Of a stretch of 64,000 nt of DNA, positions 46,140-57,732 are shown piece by piece; position 1 is the first letter of the stretch, and every line of letters starts with the position of its first letter. Both the position numbers and the translations under genes were made by a program. Source of the stretch: Mustelus asterias. Lineage: Eukaryota. The notes below the pieces were generated by a model. The model did not search any database. It was not told where the DNA came from and worked only from the letters and a program-made list of their open reading frames with translations. The DNA is taken from contig NW_027590164.1 in assembly GCF_964213995.1 (NCBI RefSeq), positions 1 through 64,000 of the forward strand, in the 5' to 3' direction.

Positions 46140-48200
46140 CTGGACTCCATTCTCACAAAACTGCTGTCCATCCAACTTCCCCATGTGAGGTGACACTGTT
46201 CACAATTCTCTCCCATTTCTTACTGTTTCTCTCACTTTAAATGTACCGTCATCACCCATCCTAAAAAAAACACTAAACCCCACTATCTTTGCAAATTACT
46301 GCCCCATCTCCAACTTCCTTTTCTCTCCAAAACCCCTGAACTCAGTGTCCCCCGAGGATCTGTCCTTTGCCCCTGCTATTTCTCATCCACATGCTGCCAC
46401 TGGGTGACAACATCCGAAAGCACCGTGTTAGTTTTCACCTGTAAACTGACAACACCCAGCTCTACTTCACCCCCATCCCCCTCCATTCCTCCACTGTTAC
46501 TAAATTATCAAACTGCTCATCCCACATTCAGTCCTGGATGAGCAGAAATTTCCTCCAGTTAAAAATTGGAAAGACAAAAGCCATTGTCTTCAGTCACCAC
46601 TAAAAATTCCATTCCCTCACTACTCAGAGTAACGGGTCATCCAATTAAGACAGCGATGAGGAGGAATTTCTTCTCAGAACATAGAACATAGAACAGTACA
46701 GCACAGAACAGGCCCATCGGCCCACGATGTTGTGCCGAGCTTTGTCTGAAACCCAGATCAAGCTATTTCCTCCCTATCATCCCGAAGTACTCCATGTGCC
46801 TATCCAATAGCTTCTTAAATGTTCCTAAAGTTTCTGACTCCACTATCCCTGCAGGCAGTCCATTCCACACCCCAACCACTCTGAGTAAAAAACCTACCTC
46901 GGACATCCTTCCTATATCTCCCACCATGAACCCTATAGTTATGCCCCCTAGTTACTGCTCCATTCACCCGAGGAAATAGTCTTTGAACGTTCACTCTATC
47001 TATCCCCCTCATCATCTTATAAACCTCTATCAAGTCTCCTCTCAACCTCCTCCGCTCCAAAGAGAAAAGCCCAAGTTCCCTCAACCTTTCCTCATAAGAC
47101 CGACCCTCCAAACCAGGCAGCATCCTGGTAAATCTCCTTTGCACTCTTTCCAGTGTCTTCACATCCTTCTTGTAGTGAGGTGACCAGAACTGCACACAAT
47201 ATTCCAAATGTGGTCTCACCAAGGTCCTGTACAGTTGCAGCATAACCCCACGGCTCTTAAACTCAAACCCCCTGTTAATGAACGCCAACACACTATAGGC
47301 CTTCTTCACGGCTCTATCCACTTGTGTGGCAACCTTCAGAGATCTATGGATATGAACCCCAAGATCTCTCTGTTCCTCCACATTTTTCAGAAGGTAGTGA
47401 ATCTGTGGAATTCTTTAGCGCAGAGGGCTGTACAGGCTGGGTCATTAAGTATGCTCAAGGCTGAGATCGATTTTTTTTCTTAATCAGTAAGGGAATCAAG
47501 GGCTATGGAGATAAGGCAAGAAAGTGGACTTGCGGATAATCACATGCGATCAGTCATGATTTCATTGAATGGCAGAGCAAACTTGATGGGCCAAATGGCC
47601 TCCTTCTGCTCCTATGTCTTACAGTCCATCTCTCTGCCTGGGAACTGTCTGAGGCTGAACCACACTCTTCACAGTCTCGGTGTCAGATTTGACCCCAAGA
47701 TGAGTTTCTGACCACATATCCACCCCATCACCAATACCAGATATTTCAATCTCCATAATGTCACCCTGTCTTCACCCACCCCAGCTCATCTGCTGCTGAA
47801 ACCCTCATTCATGCCCGTGTTATCTTTACACTTGACAATTCCAATACATTTCTGACCAGCCCGTCACATTCATCCCACCCCCACACGGAAATGTGAGATT
47901 CACCCATTCCCCCTGAGCTCACTGACCTACCTCACCTTCAAGTCAAGTAGGGCATCAACTTTAAAATTCACATCCTTGATTTCAAATTCCTCCATGACCT
48001 TATACCTCCCTATCTCAGTAATCTCCAGTTTCACTATTCTCTGAGATATCTGCACTCTTCTCATTCTGGCCTCTTGAGCATCCTTGATTTTAATACTCCA
48101 TCATTAGTGGCAGGGCCTGGGTGTGAAACTGTGAAATTCTCTCACTAAATTGTCCATCTCTCCTGATTCAAGATCTGCCTCTCCAATCAGGCTTTTCCCA
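46140..48200. mobile_element. Triple nest: L2 (plus) containing a CR1 3' end (plus, ~46626-47620) containing a CR1 (minus, ~46677-47383)
   Basis: L2 RT relic 'tgacaacacccagctctac' resumes after 47620; the CR1 'ttcttctcagaa' resumes as 'tcagaaggtagtgaatctgtgg'; inner 188-aa CR1 ORF. Confidence 0.8.
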
Positions 48201-48227
48201 TCTATCCTAATATTATGCTCTGTCACT

Positions 48228-48515
48228 CAGAATCCCTACAGTGCAGAAGAGGCCATTTGTCCTAAAGAGTCTGTACCGACATTCTGACAGAGAATCTTAC
48301 CCAGGCCCTCTCCCCCACTTATACCTGTAACACATTTACCATTTCTAATCCATCTAACTTGCACAACTTGGGACACTAAGGGTCAATTTAGCGTGGCCAA
48401 TCCACCTAACCTGCACATCGTCAGACTGTGGGAGTAGATCAGAGCACCCAGAGGAAACCTATGCAGACATGGGGATAACGTGCAAACTCCAGACAGATAG
48501 TCACCCGAGGCACTA
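48228..48515 (-). mobile_element. HE1 SINE, head missing
   Basis: Tail 'agaatccctacagtgcagaag' and V-domain. Confidence 0.75.
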
Positions 48516-49007
48516 AGGCTCCACTGTGATGTAATAGTCTCTATGACATCATCGCAGCAGGACTGGATGACATCATCAGAGTCCATTGTTTCTGAATGAT
48601 CCACATCAATAACAACAGGAAATATTCATCAAGCTGAGCACATTATCTAGGCTGACACTGCAGTCTGACATTGAGGGACTGCTGCACTCTGACAGATACT
48701 GTCCTTCACATGGATTCACTCAGTTATCTCATTTACTGATAGAACAGCACAGTTAGACTAGGGGGACAACACTCAGACACTTCACATGTGCAAAGGGATT
48801 TCCTTAGTTTTCCTCAGTGGCTAACACTCTGATTTTAAGAGCTCAAAGCATTTGATCCAATGCCAGCATTCTTATTGACAAGGGGCAGTTTAACTGTTGT
48901 GTCTATGGGGAAAACATGCTGAGACCCCGATGCATTCACTTCTAACTGTAGATGTTTGTCCTGTTGTCAGTCAGACCCAGGACCGAACTGTGGTGGAGAC
49001 CCGATGT

Positions 49008-49392
49008 TCATAGATTCAGAGAATTCCTACAGGAGGCCATTCAGCCCATTAAGTCTCTGCTGACATCAATCCTACCCATGCACTATCCCCATAACCCCAA
49101 CTATTCACCCTGCTAATCCCCCTGACACTAAGGGGCACTTTAGCATAGCCAATTAACCTAACCTGCACATCTTTGGACTGTGGGAGGAAACCCGCACAGA
49201 CACAGGGAGAACATGCAAAGTCCACAGAGACAATGACCCGAGGCCAGAATTGAATTTGGTTCCCTGGCACTGTGAGATGGTAAGAAGTCTCACAACACCA
49301 GGTTAAAGTCCAACAGGTTTATTTGGTAGCAAATACCATTAGCTTTCGGAGCACTGCTCCTGTGAGACAGCAGTGCTTGCAACTGTGCCATC
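49008..49392 (-). mobile_element. HE1 SINE interrupted by a Penelope pLTR fragment (~49280-49360, minus)
   Basis: 'ctgtgaga' is duplicated at 49270 and 49360 around 'gtaagaagtctcacaacaccagg...agctttcggagcactgctcc'. Confidence 0.8.
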
Positions 49393-49446
49393 CCAGTGCT
49401 TAGTTACTATATCACTCCTTAGTTCCACATCAATCATAGAAATGAT

Positions 49447-49788
49447 GAATCATAGAAACCCTACAGTACAGAAAGAGGCCATTTGGCCCATCGAGTCTGC
49501 ACCGACCACAATCCCACCCAGGCCCTACCCCCATATCCCTACATATTTACCCACTAATCCCTCTAACCTACACATCTCCGGACACTAAGGGGCAATTTTA
49601 GCATGGCCAATCAACCTATCCCGCACATCTTTGGACTGTGGGAGGAAACCGGAGCACCTGGAGGAAACCCACGCAGACACGAGGAGAACGTGCAAACTCC
49701 GCACAGACAGTGACCCAAGCCAGGAATCGAACCCAGGTCCCTGGAGCTGTGAAGCAGCAGTGCTAACCACTGTGCTACCGTGCCGCCC
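49447..49788 (-). mobile_element. Full-length HE1/V-SINE
   Basis: Complete head 'gggcggcacggtagcacagtggttagcactgc', B-box, V-domain and tail. Confidence 0.9.
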
Positions 49789-49934
49789 AATCGATTTAAT
49801 ACATTTGTTATTGTGGCCCAATGGTACCAATCATATTCAGATCGCAAACCATATTTTCTATTAAACAAAACCAGTGTGAATGGCGGGGTGATTACCCAAC
49901 ATTCTCTGCGGGTGAGAATGTGCCCTATCCACAT

Positions 49935-50270
49935 TACAGCACCGCCTTGCGCAAGCGCGGTACCTGGCTCTGACTGGAGCATGCGCAGTCCGGGCCGTAT
50001 CTGGAGCTGCGAGGAGCCGGAAAGAAACAATGGAGTGAGGTTCAGTAATGGAGCCGCTGGGTGACCGGGGAGGGATAGAAGCAGCGGAGTGGGCTGGGAG
50101 GCTTCATAAATACCCCCTAGAGTCTTCAATCCAGAATAAAATGTTCCCGGTCCCGCTTCAATTGGTACAGAATAGAGTCGGAGCTGAGCGGCTCCAGGCC
50201 CGGGTCAGCGGCCGCCATCTTTACAGGAACAATGTACAGAAGGGCGCATGCGCTGTGAGCCTGGCCCGGT
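49935..50270 (+). promoter_or_regulatory. ZNF-family promoter/exon-1 module
   Basis: 'gctctgactggagcatgcgca' identical to 38706; ggccgccatctt at ~50210 followed by gcgcatgcgc. Confidence 0.65.
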
Positions 50271-50314
50271 TACCAACTCTCCCGGATTGGACTGGAGTCT
50301 CCAGGAATTTTTTC

Positions 50315-50790
50315 ATTCATTCAGGGAATGTGGGAGTCGCTGGCTAGACCAGCATTTATTGCCCATCCCTATTTGTCCTTCAACTGAGTGGCTTGCTAGA
50401 CCATGTCACAGGGCATTTGAAGAGTATGTAGTTTGGAGTCATATTTAGGCCAGACCAGATAAGGATGGGAGATTTGTTTCCCAATGCATCCAGGGAATGT
50501 GGCTGCCACTGGCTGGGACAGCATCTATTGCCCATCTTTATTTGCCCTTGAACTGAGTGCACTTCAGAGGGCATTTTAAGAGTCAACCAACCACACTGCT
50601 GTGGATCTGGAATCACATATAGACCTGACCAGGTCAGGCAGCAGATTTCCTTGGCTCAAGGACATTAGTGAATCAGTTGCTTTTTACAACAATCGACAAT
50701 GGTTTCATGGTCATTATTCGACTTTCAATTCTGTTTTTTTCTTGAATTCAAATTTCACCACCTGCTGTAGTGGGATTCAAACCTCAGTCT
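50315..50790 (-). mobile_element. SINE/LINE-tail fragments of the 35893 family
   Basis: 'ccagcatttattgcccatccctattt' tail occurs twice; head relic 'gtgggattcaaacc'. Confidence 0.6.
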
Positions 50791-51069
50791 CTAAAACATT
50801 CAGGACATTAAAAAATATATCTTTTGTTGTCATTTTCCTTTGAACATTTCTCTTCACCGGATATAAAAATATTGAAAATGGATAAAAAATGTTTGCCTAA
50901 CTGTCAATCATTATGCTGTAAGGTAAGGAGTCTTTTTTGCTTTCCAATTGGCCCAGGAAGGCAGTGGGGATGGATGTGTTGACTGATTAGTGATTGGAGG
51001 ATGAGCACAATAGAAAAGACGTGATAAAACTTCCAGGAAACATTTAATCACATTTGGCAACTCGGAGGA

Positions 51070-51305
51070 GAGAATGTTGTGAATTTCTATCCTGGACTAA
51101 CTGTGATGGTTTCTGTAAATTTGCAGAGTGCTGGAAGTGGAGAATTGACATATGGGAAACTCAAATCAAACATCACATTGTGATCTGATGGAGTCACTCA
51201 ATACATCAGAACCTGAATATTAGCAGCCTCTGAATGTTGATTGTGTCTGTGAGAGAAGATTTCGGATTTCAGTGTGATTGGAAAGGCCCCGAGATTCACA
51301 AACCC
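51070..51305 (+). pseudogene. Orphan ZNF acceptor, leader and first degenerate finger; gene body absent
   Basis: 'ttgcag|agtgctggaagtggagaattg...actcaaatcaaacatcacattgtgatctgatggagtcactc'. Confidence 0.65.
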
Positions 51306-51602
51306 TGGTTAGACCACATCTGGAGAACTGTGCTCAGTTCCGGGCAACAGGGTATAATAGCCCTGGAGAGAGTGTAGAACAGATGGACCTGAGTGATATC
51401 TGAACTCCCAGGTTAAATTAGAAGATGAGATTACAAGAAAGTGTCATTCTGGTGCAGGGCCATTCAGCCCATTGGATCCATGCAAGGTGTCTACAGCCAT
51501 CCAGTCAGTCCCATTCCTCTGCTCTATCCTCATATCTTTGCAGCTTTATTTCCCTGATAATATAGATAACTGATAGATAAGTAACTGGCTATCTCATAGA
51601 AG

Positions 51603-52374
51603 TGGAGATGCCGGCGTTGGACTGGGGTAAACAAGTAAGAAGTTTAACAACACCAGGTTAAAGTCCAACAGGTTTATTTGGTAGCAAAAGCCACACAAGC
51701 TTTCAGAGCCTTCAGCCCCTTCTTCTGGTGAGTGGGAATTCTGTTCACAAACAGGGCATATAAAGACACAAACTCAATTTACAGAATAATGGTTGGAATG
51801 CGAATACTTACAGCTAATCAAGTCTTTAAGATACAAACAATGTGAGTGGAGAGAACATCAAGACAGGCTAAAGAGATGTGTATTGTCTCCAGACAAGACA
51901 GCCACTTCAGCGGTCACGGGCATTCGGCCTCTGATATTCAGGTAGGCATTCTCCAAGGTGGCCTTCACGACACATGACAGCGCAGAGTCGCTGAGCAGAA
52001 ACTGATAGCCAAGTTCCACACACATGAGGACGGCCTCAACCAGGATATTGAGTTCATGTCACACTATCTGTAATCCCCACAGCTTGTCTGGACCTGCAGA
52101 GTGGCTGGCTGGCCTGTCTGGAGACAATACACATCTCTTTAGCCTGTCTTGATGCTCTCTCCACTCACATTGTTTGTATCTTAAAGACTTGATTAGCTGG
52201 AAGTATTCGCATTCCAACCATTATTCTGTAAATTGAGTTTGTGTCTTTATATGCCCTGTTTGTGAACAGAATTCTCACTCACTTGAAGAAGGGGCTTAAG
52301 GCTCCGAAAGCTTGTGTGGCTTTTGCTACCAAAGAAACCTGTTGGACTTTAACCTGGTGTTGTTAAACTTCTTA
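51603..52374. mobile_element. Penelope-like fold-back insert with inverted pLTRs and 14-bp TSD, inside a CR1
   Basis: Arms ~51635-51905 and ~52113-52375 are reverse complements; the spacer is the ORF end homologous to 28585-28790; TSD ctatctcatagaag at 51589-51602 and 52375-52388. Confidence 0.9.
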
Positions 52375-53435
52375 CTATCTCATAGAAGACAGAGGGTGGT
52401 GGTGGATGGAAAATTTTCAGACTGGAGACCAGTTACCAGCGGTGTACCACAGGGATCAGTGCTGGGTCCTCTGCTATTTGTGATTTTTATCAATGACTTG
52501 GAGGAGGGGGCTGAAGCGTGGGTCAGTAAATTTGCTGATGACACCAAAATTGGTGGAGTAGTGGATGAGGTGGAGGGCTGTTGTAGGCCGCAAAGAGACA
52601 TTGATAGGATGCAGAGCTGGGCTGAAAAATGGCAAATGGAGTTTAACCCTGATAAGTGCGAGATGATTCATTTTGGTAGGACAAGTTTGAATGTGGATTA
52701 CAGTGTCAACGGCAGGGTTCTGAGGAATGTGGAGGAACAGAGAGATCTTGGGGTTCATATCCACAGACCTCTGAAGGTTGCCACTCAAGTGGATAGAGCT
52801 GTGAAGAAGGCCTTTAGTGTGTTAGCGTTTCTTAACAGGGGGTTTGAGTTTGAAGAGCTGTGGGCTTATACTGCAACTGTCCAGGACCTTGGTGAGACCA
52901 CATTTGGAATATTGTGTGCAGTTCTGGTTACCTCACTATAAGAAGGATGTGGAAGCACTGGAAAGAGTGCAAAGGAGATTTACCAGGATGCTGCCTGGTT
53001 TGGAGGGTAGGTCTTATGAGGAAAGCTTGAGGGAGCTGGGGCTTTTCTCTTTAGAGCGGAGGGGGATGAGAGGCGACTTAATAGAGGTTTATAAGATGAT
53101 GAGGGGGATAGATAGAGTGGACATTCAGAGACTATTTCCTCGGGTGGATGTAGCCGTTACTAGGAGGCATAACTATAAGGTTCATGATGGGAGATATAGG
53201 AGGGATGTCCGAGGTAGGTTCTTTACTCAGAGAGTGGTTGGGGTGTGGAATGGACTGCCTGCAGTGATAGTGGAGTCGGAGACTTTAGGAACTTTCAAGC
53301 GGTTATTGGATAAGCACATGGAGCACACCAGGATGATAGGGAGTGGGAGGGCTTGATCTTGGTTTCGGACAAAGCTTGGCACAACATCGAGGGCCGAAGG
53401 GCCTGTACTGTGCTGTACTGTTCTATGTTCTATGT
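52375..53435 (+). mobile_element. CR1 LINE 3' part (begins at ~51575, before the Penelope insert)
   Basis: [23 protein letters not shown]; tail 'tgttctatgttctatg'. Confidence 0.92.
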
Positions 53436-53444
53436 TTATCTTTC

Positions 53445-55120
53445 AAGCTTCAAGGAATACAGACCTCGACAATTTATTCTCTCTTGATCGGACAACCCTC
53501 TCATCCCAGGAATTAACCTGGTGAACCTCCGATCTTACTATATCCTTGTTTAAATGAGGGGATCAAAACTGTGTGCATTATTCCAGGTGAGACCTCACCA
53601 ACACCCTGTGCAGTTGCCACAAAACCTCCCTGTTTTTAAACTCCAACCCCTTTGCGATAAAGGTCAAAATTCCATTTTCCTTCTTACCTATTGTGGGACC
53701 TGCCTGCTAGCTTTTTGTGATTCATGTGCAAAACACCTCGATCCCTCTGTACTTCACTCACCTGCAGTGCCTCTCCATTTAGATAATCTCCCTTTTGATT
53801 CTTCCTACTGAAATACATGACCTCACATTTCCCCACAGTAAACTCCATTTGCCAGGTTTTTGTCACCCAATCTATCTATATCCCACTGCAGAATCAAAAT
53901 ATCCTCATCACAACATGTCCTTTCACTTATCTTCATATCATTTGGAAACCTTACATTCTGTTCCTTCTCCAATGAATCATGAATTGCTTGCCAAGAACTG
54001 ATCCCTGTGGTACTCCACTAGTTACATCTTTCCACTCTGAAAATGACCCATTTATTCCAACTCTCTGTTTTCTATGTGACGGCCAGTTTTCAATCCATGC
54101 TAACGCACTTCCATCAATTCCATGGACCTTTACTTTATGCGCCAGCCTCTTATGTGGCACCTTGACAAATGCCTTTTGGAAATCATAGAATCCCTAGAGT
54201 GCAGAAGGGGGTCATTTGGCCCATCGAGCAGCTTGAACATCTTTCCCAGGCCCCATCCCCATAAGCCCACATTTTTTCCCCACTAGTCCCCCTAATCTAA
54301 ATCTATTGGGACACAAAGGGATAATTCAGCATGGCCAATCAACCTAACCTGCACATCTTTGGACTATGGGAAGAAACTGGAGCACTTGGAGGAAACCCAC
54401 ACAGACACGGGGAGAATGTGCAGACTCCACACAGACGGTCACCCAAGGCTGGAATTGAACCCTTGTCCCTGGCGCTGTGCGGCAGCAGTGCTAACCACTG
54501 TGCCACCCTATCTAAATACACTACATCTACAGATTACTCTCGATCTACACGACCCCTTGCATCCTCAAAGAATTTGAACAAATTTGTCAAACATGATTTA
54601 TCTTTCATAAAACCATGTTGACGAGGTGTTAAATTCACTGGGGCAGCACGGGGCGGCTTGGTGGCACAGTGGTTGGCACTGCTGCCCCACAGTGCCAAGG
54701 ACCTGTGGAGTTTGCACGTTCTCCTCGTGCTTGCGTGGGTTTCCTCTGTGTGCTCCGATTTCCTACCTCATTCCAAAGAAGTGAGGGTTAGGTTGATTGG
54801 CCGTGATGAATCGCCCCTTAGTTCGGCAGATTAGGAGGGTAAATACATGGGGTTACGGGGATAGGACCTGGCTGGGATTGTTGTTGGTGCAGGCTCGATG
54901 GGCCAAATGGCGGCCTCCTGTAGATTCTATGATTCTATAAACAGGTCTATAGTTCACTGCCTTCTGCCTTTCTCCCTTTTTGAACAAAGGAGTCACATTG
55001 GCTGTTTTCCAATCTTCTAATATCCTCCTGGAATTTAGCGAGTTACAAAATATTTTAACCAAAGTGTCCACTATCTCTTCAGCCTCGTGTGCAGTTCATT
55101 GGGTCCTGGCGACTTGGCCG
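53445..55120 (-). mobile_element. Old CR1 fragments interrupted by two HE1 SINEs (54181-54508 minus, 54640-54938 plus)
   Basis: HRKQRVGING..PQGSVLG, DWKTANVTPLFKKG; SINE heads and tails visible. Confidence 0.8.
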
Positions 55121-55833
55121 CCCTTAGCCGCTGAAGGGAAGGACGTGAGTCCAGTCTGTCTATTCCACACATTGTTAGTCCAGTCAGATAGACATATATC
55201 TGTCTGGCCGCCTGCAAGGAGATTTCCAGCTCTCTGTGTCCAGGGCAGGAAGCAGTGAGCATGGATCTGTCAATCAGCCTCAATCAGCACCTTCAGGAGA
55301 ATTGAGAGGGTGAATATTAGATACAGCAGAGCGAGAATGGAGGGAGAGTGTGTGGGATGGAGATTTACAGCTTTTGGGGAATGAGAGAGAAAGAATGTTT
55401 CATAGAAACTAGAACTGTCTGTTCTGAATTTCTATCCTGTACTGACTGATGACTTTTGTAAATTCTTTTTACAGGATATCAGATGGTGAGGATTTACAGA
55501 CAGAAATCGCAAACCAAACGTCCCATCAACGTCTGACAGAGTCACTCAATTCATTGGGACCTGAATATCATCGGCCTTTAAATCCAGAGGGAGAAATGTT
55601 TCTCTCAGCTGTCTGTTTCAAGAGATTTTAAGCATCAGTGCAACTGAAAAAGCACCAAGGCACACACACACCAGAGTGAGAGTGTTCCAGTGCACTGAGT
55701 GTGGAAAGAGCTTGAACCAGTTACACAGCCTGAAAATACATCGCAGCATTCCCAGCGGGGAGAGACTATACCCGTGTTCTGTGAGAGATTTAACTGATTG
55801 TTTAACCTGGAGAGTCACAAGGACACCTGCACC

Positions 55834-56844
55834 ATGGAGAAACCGTGGAAATGTGGGGACTGTGGGAAGGGATTCACGGTCCCATCTCGGTTGGAAGTTC
55901 ATCAACGCAGTCACACTGGAGAGAGACCGTTCACCTGCTCTGTGTGTGGGAAGGGATTCACTGACTTACCTAATCTGCAGAGACACCAGCGAGTTCACAC
56001 GGGGGAGAGACTATTTACCTGTTCTGACTGTGGGAAAGGATTCACTCAGTTATCCCACCTGCTGAGTCACAATTTCACTCACACCAATGAGAGACCCTTT
56101 AAATGCTCTGACTGTGGGAGTAGTTTCAAAAGCTCTGGAGAACTGGTGTCCCACCAGCACATTCACACTGAGGAGAGACCGTTCAGCTGCTCTCACTGCA
56201 CAAAGAGATTTAGAACGTCATCCAACCTGCGGACACACCAGCGGGTTCACACCGGAGAGAAGCCATTTACCTGCTGTGTGTGTGGGATGGTGTTCACTCA
56301 GTTATCACACTTGCTAAGTCACAAAGTCACTCACACAAATGAGAGACACTTTAAATGCTCTGAGTGTGGGAGTGCCTTCAAACATGCTTCAGATCTGAGG
56401 GTCCACAAGCGCATTCACACCGGGGAGAGACCGTTCAGCTGCTCTCACTGCACAAAAAGGTTTAGAACATCATCACACTTGCAGGTACACCAGCGAGTTC
56501 ACACTGGGAAGAAACCATTTACCTGCTTTGTGTGCGGGAAGGGATTCACTCAGTCATCTGCCCTGTCGACGCACACAGTCACTCACACCCATGAGAGACC
56601 CTTTAAATGCTCTGAGTGTGGGAGCGACTTCAAAAGCTCTCAGGAACTGATGATCCACCAGCGCATTCACACTGAGGAGAGACCGTTCAGCTGCTCTCAC
56701 TGCACAAAGAGATTTAGAACAGCATCCAACCTGCAAAGACATCAGCGAGTTCACACTGGGGAGAGACCATTCATCTGCTCTGTCTGTGGAAAGAGATTCA
56801 CTGTTTCATCCTCCCTGCAGAGACACCAGCGAGTTCACAAGTGA
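55834..56844 (+). CDS. C2H2 ZNF-G, 12 fingers, 336 aa from MEKPWKC; intact
   Basis: gcaccATGG at 55834; acceptor at 55473-55474; three-finger periodicity. Confidence 0.9.
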   Translation: MEKPWKCGDCGKGFTVPSRLEVHQRSHTGERPFTCSVCGKGFTDLPNLQRHQRVHTGERLFTCSDCGKGFTQLSHLLSHNFTHTNERPFKCSDCGSSFKSSGELVSHQHIHTEERPFSCSHCTKRFRTSSNLRTHQRVHTGEKPFTCCVCGMVFTQLSHLLSHKVTHTNERHFKCSECGSAFKHASDLRVHKRIHTGERPFSCSHCTKRFRTSSHLQVHQRVHTGKKPFTCFVCGKGFTQSSALSTHTVTHTHERPFKCSECGSDFKSSQELMIHQRIHTEERPFSCSHCTKRFRTASNLQRHQRVHTGERPFICSVCGKRFTVSSSLQRHQRVHK

Positions 56845-57111
56845 TTCCAGGAGTTGGATTCTGCTGTTATTGTTTCTGCTCTCAATTATATCTCGGGCTG
56901 CAATTTATTCATTCTCAAAGTTGGTCACTGGGGAGGTTTAGAGGGTTTCTTTCTGCTGGACTGGCCGCTCTCATGACTTTGCTTCCAGTGGGCTGATGCT
57001 CTTTGAGCCTGTGAGAGCACATTTCCATTGAAATGATCCACAAAAACTGATGAAGGCCATTTATTTTATCCTGGATAGTAAATAGTCTATTCCCTCCACT
57101 ACAGGTAGATC

Positions 57112-57732
57112 AAAAATAAATACAGAAAGAACTGGAAAAACACAGCAGCTCTGGCAGCATCTGTGGAGAGAGAAACAGAGATAATGTTTCACATGCAATG
57201 TAACTCTACTTCAGAACGAAAGAGAGGGAGAAATGTGATGGGTTTGATGCTGCTGAGAAAGGGGGGAGGGGCAGGTAGAACAAAAGGGAAAGTCAGGAAT
57301 TGGTTAGAGGGTGGGTGAGATTAAATGACAAAAATGTCCTGGAACAAAAGGCAAAGGGAGAGGTAATGGTTGTTGGAAAGAAACAAAGCATTGGTCCAGA
57401 GTAAGTGTCAATGGCAGAATAAAGGACAGCTCTGTCTGGAAGCAAAAAAACATTAAAACAAGACACAGACTGGCACTCAGCAAATAAAAACAAATTAAAA
57501 TGTAGGAGAGAGTTCAGGGTGTGAAGTTGTTGAACTCAATGTTGAGGTCAGAAGGCTGTAACGTGCCTCATCGGAAGATGAGGGGCTGTTTGTCCAGCTT
57601 GTGTTGGGCTTCTCCGGAACATTGCAGCAGGCCGAGGACAGAAATGTGAGCGTGAGAGCAAGGTGCTGAATTCTAATGGCAAGCGGAAGGTCAGGGTCAT
57701 GCTTGTGGGCTGAGCGGAGGTGTTCCACAAAG
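57112..57732 (-). mobile_element. Penelope-like element 3' fragment (GIY-YIG C-terminus and pLTR), second family
   Basis: EHLRSAHKHDPDLP...; 'cctcaacattgagttcaacaacttc' (LNIEFNNF); ends in 'cagatgctgccagagctgctg'. Confidence 0.7.

Noticed and set aside
49720-49788. tRNA genes at A/B-box sequences
   Set aside because: All are SINE heads continuing into the V-domain and a LINE-type tail
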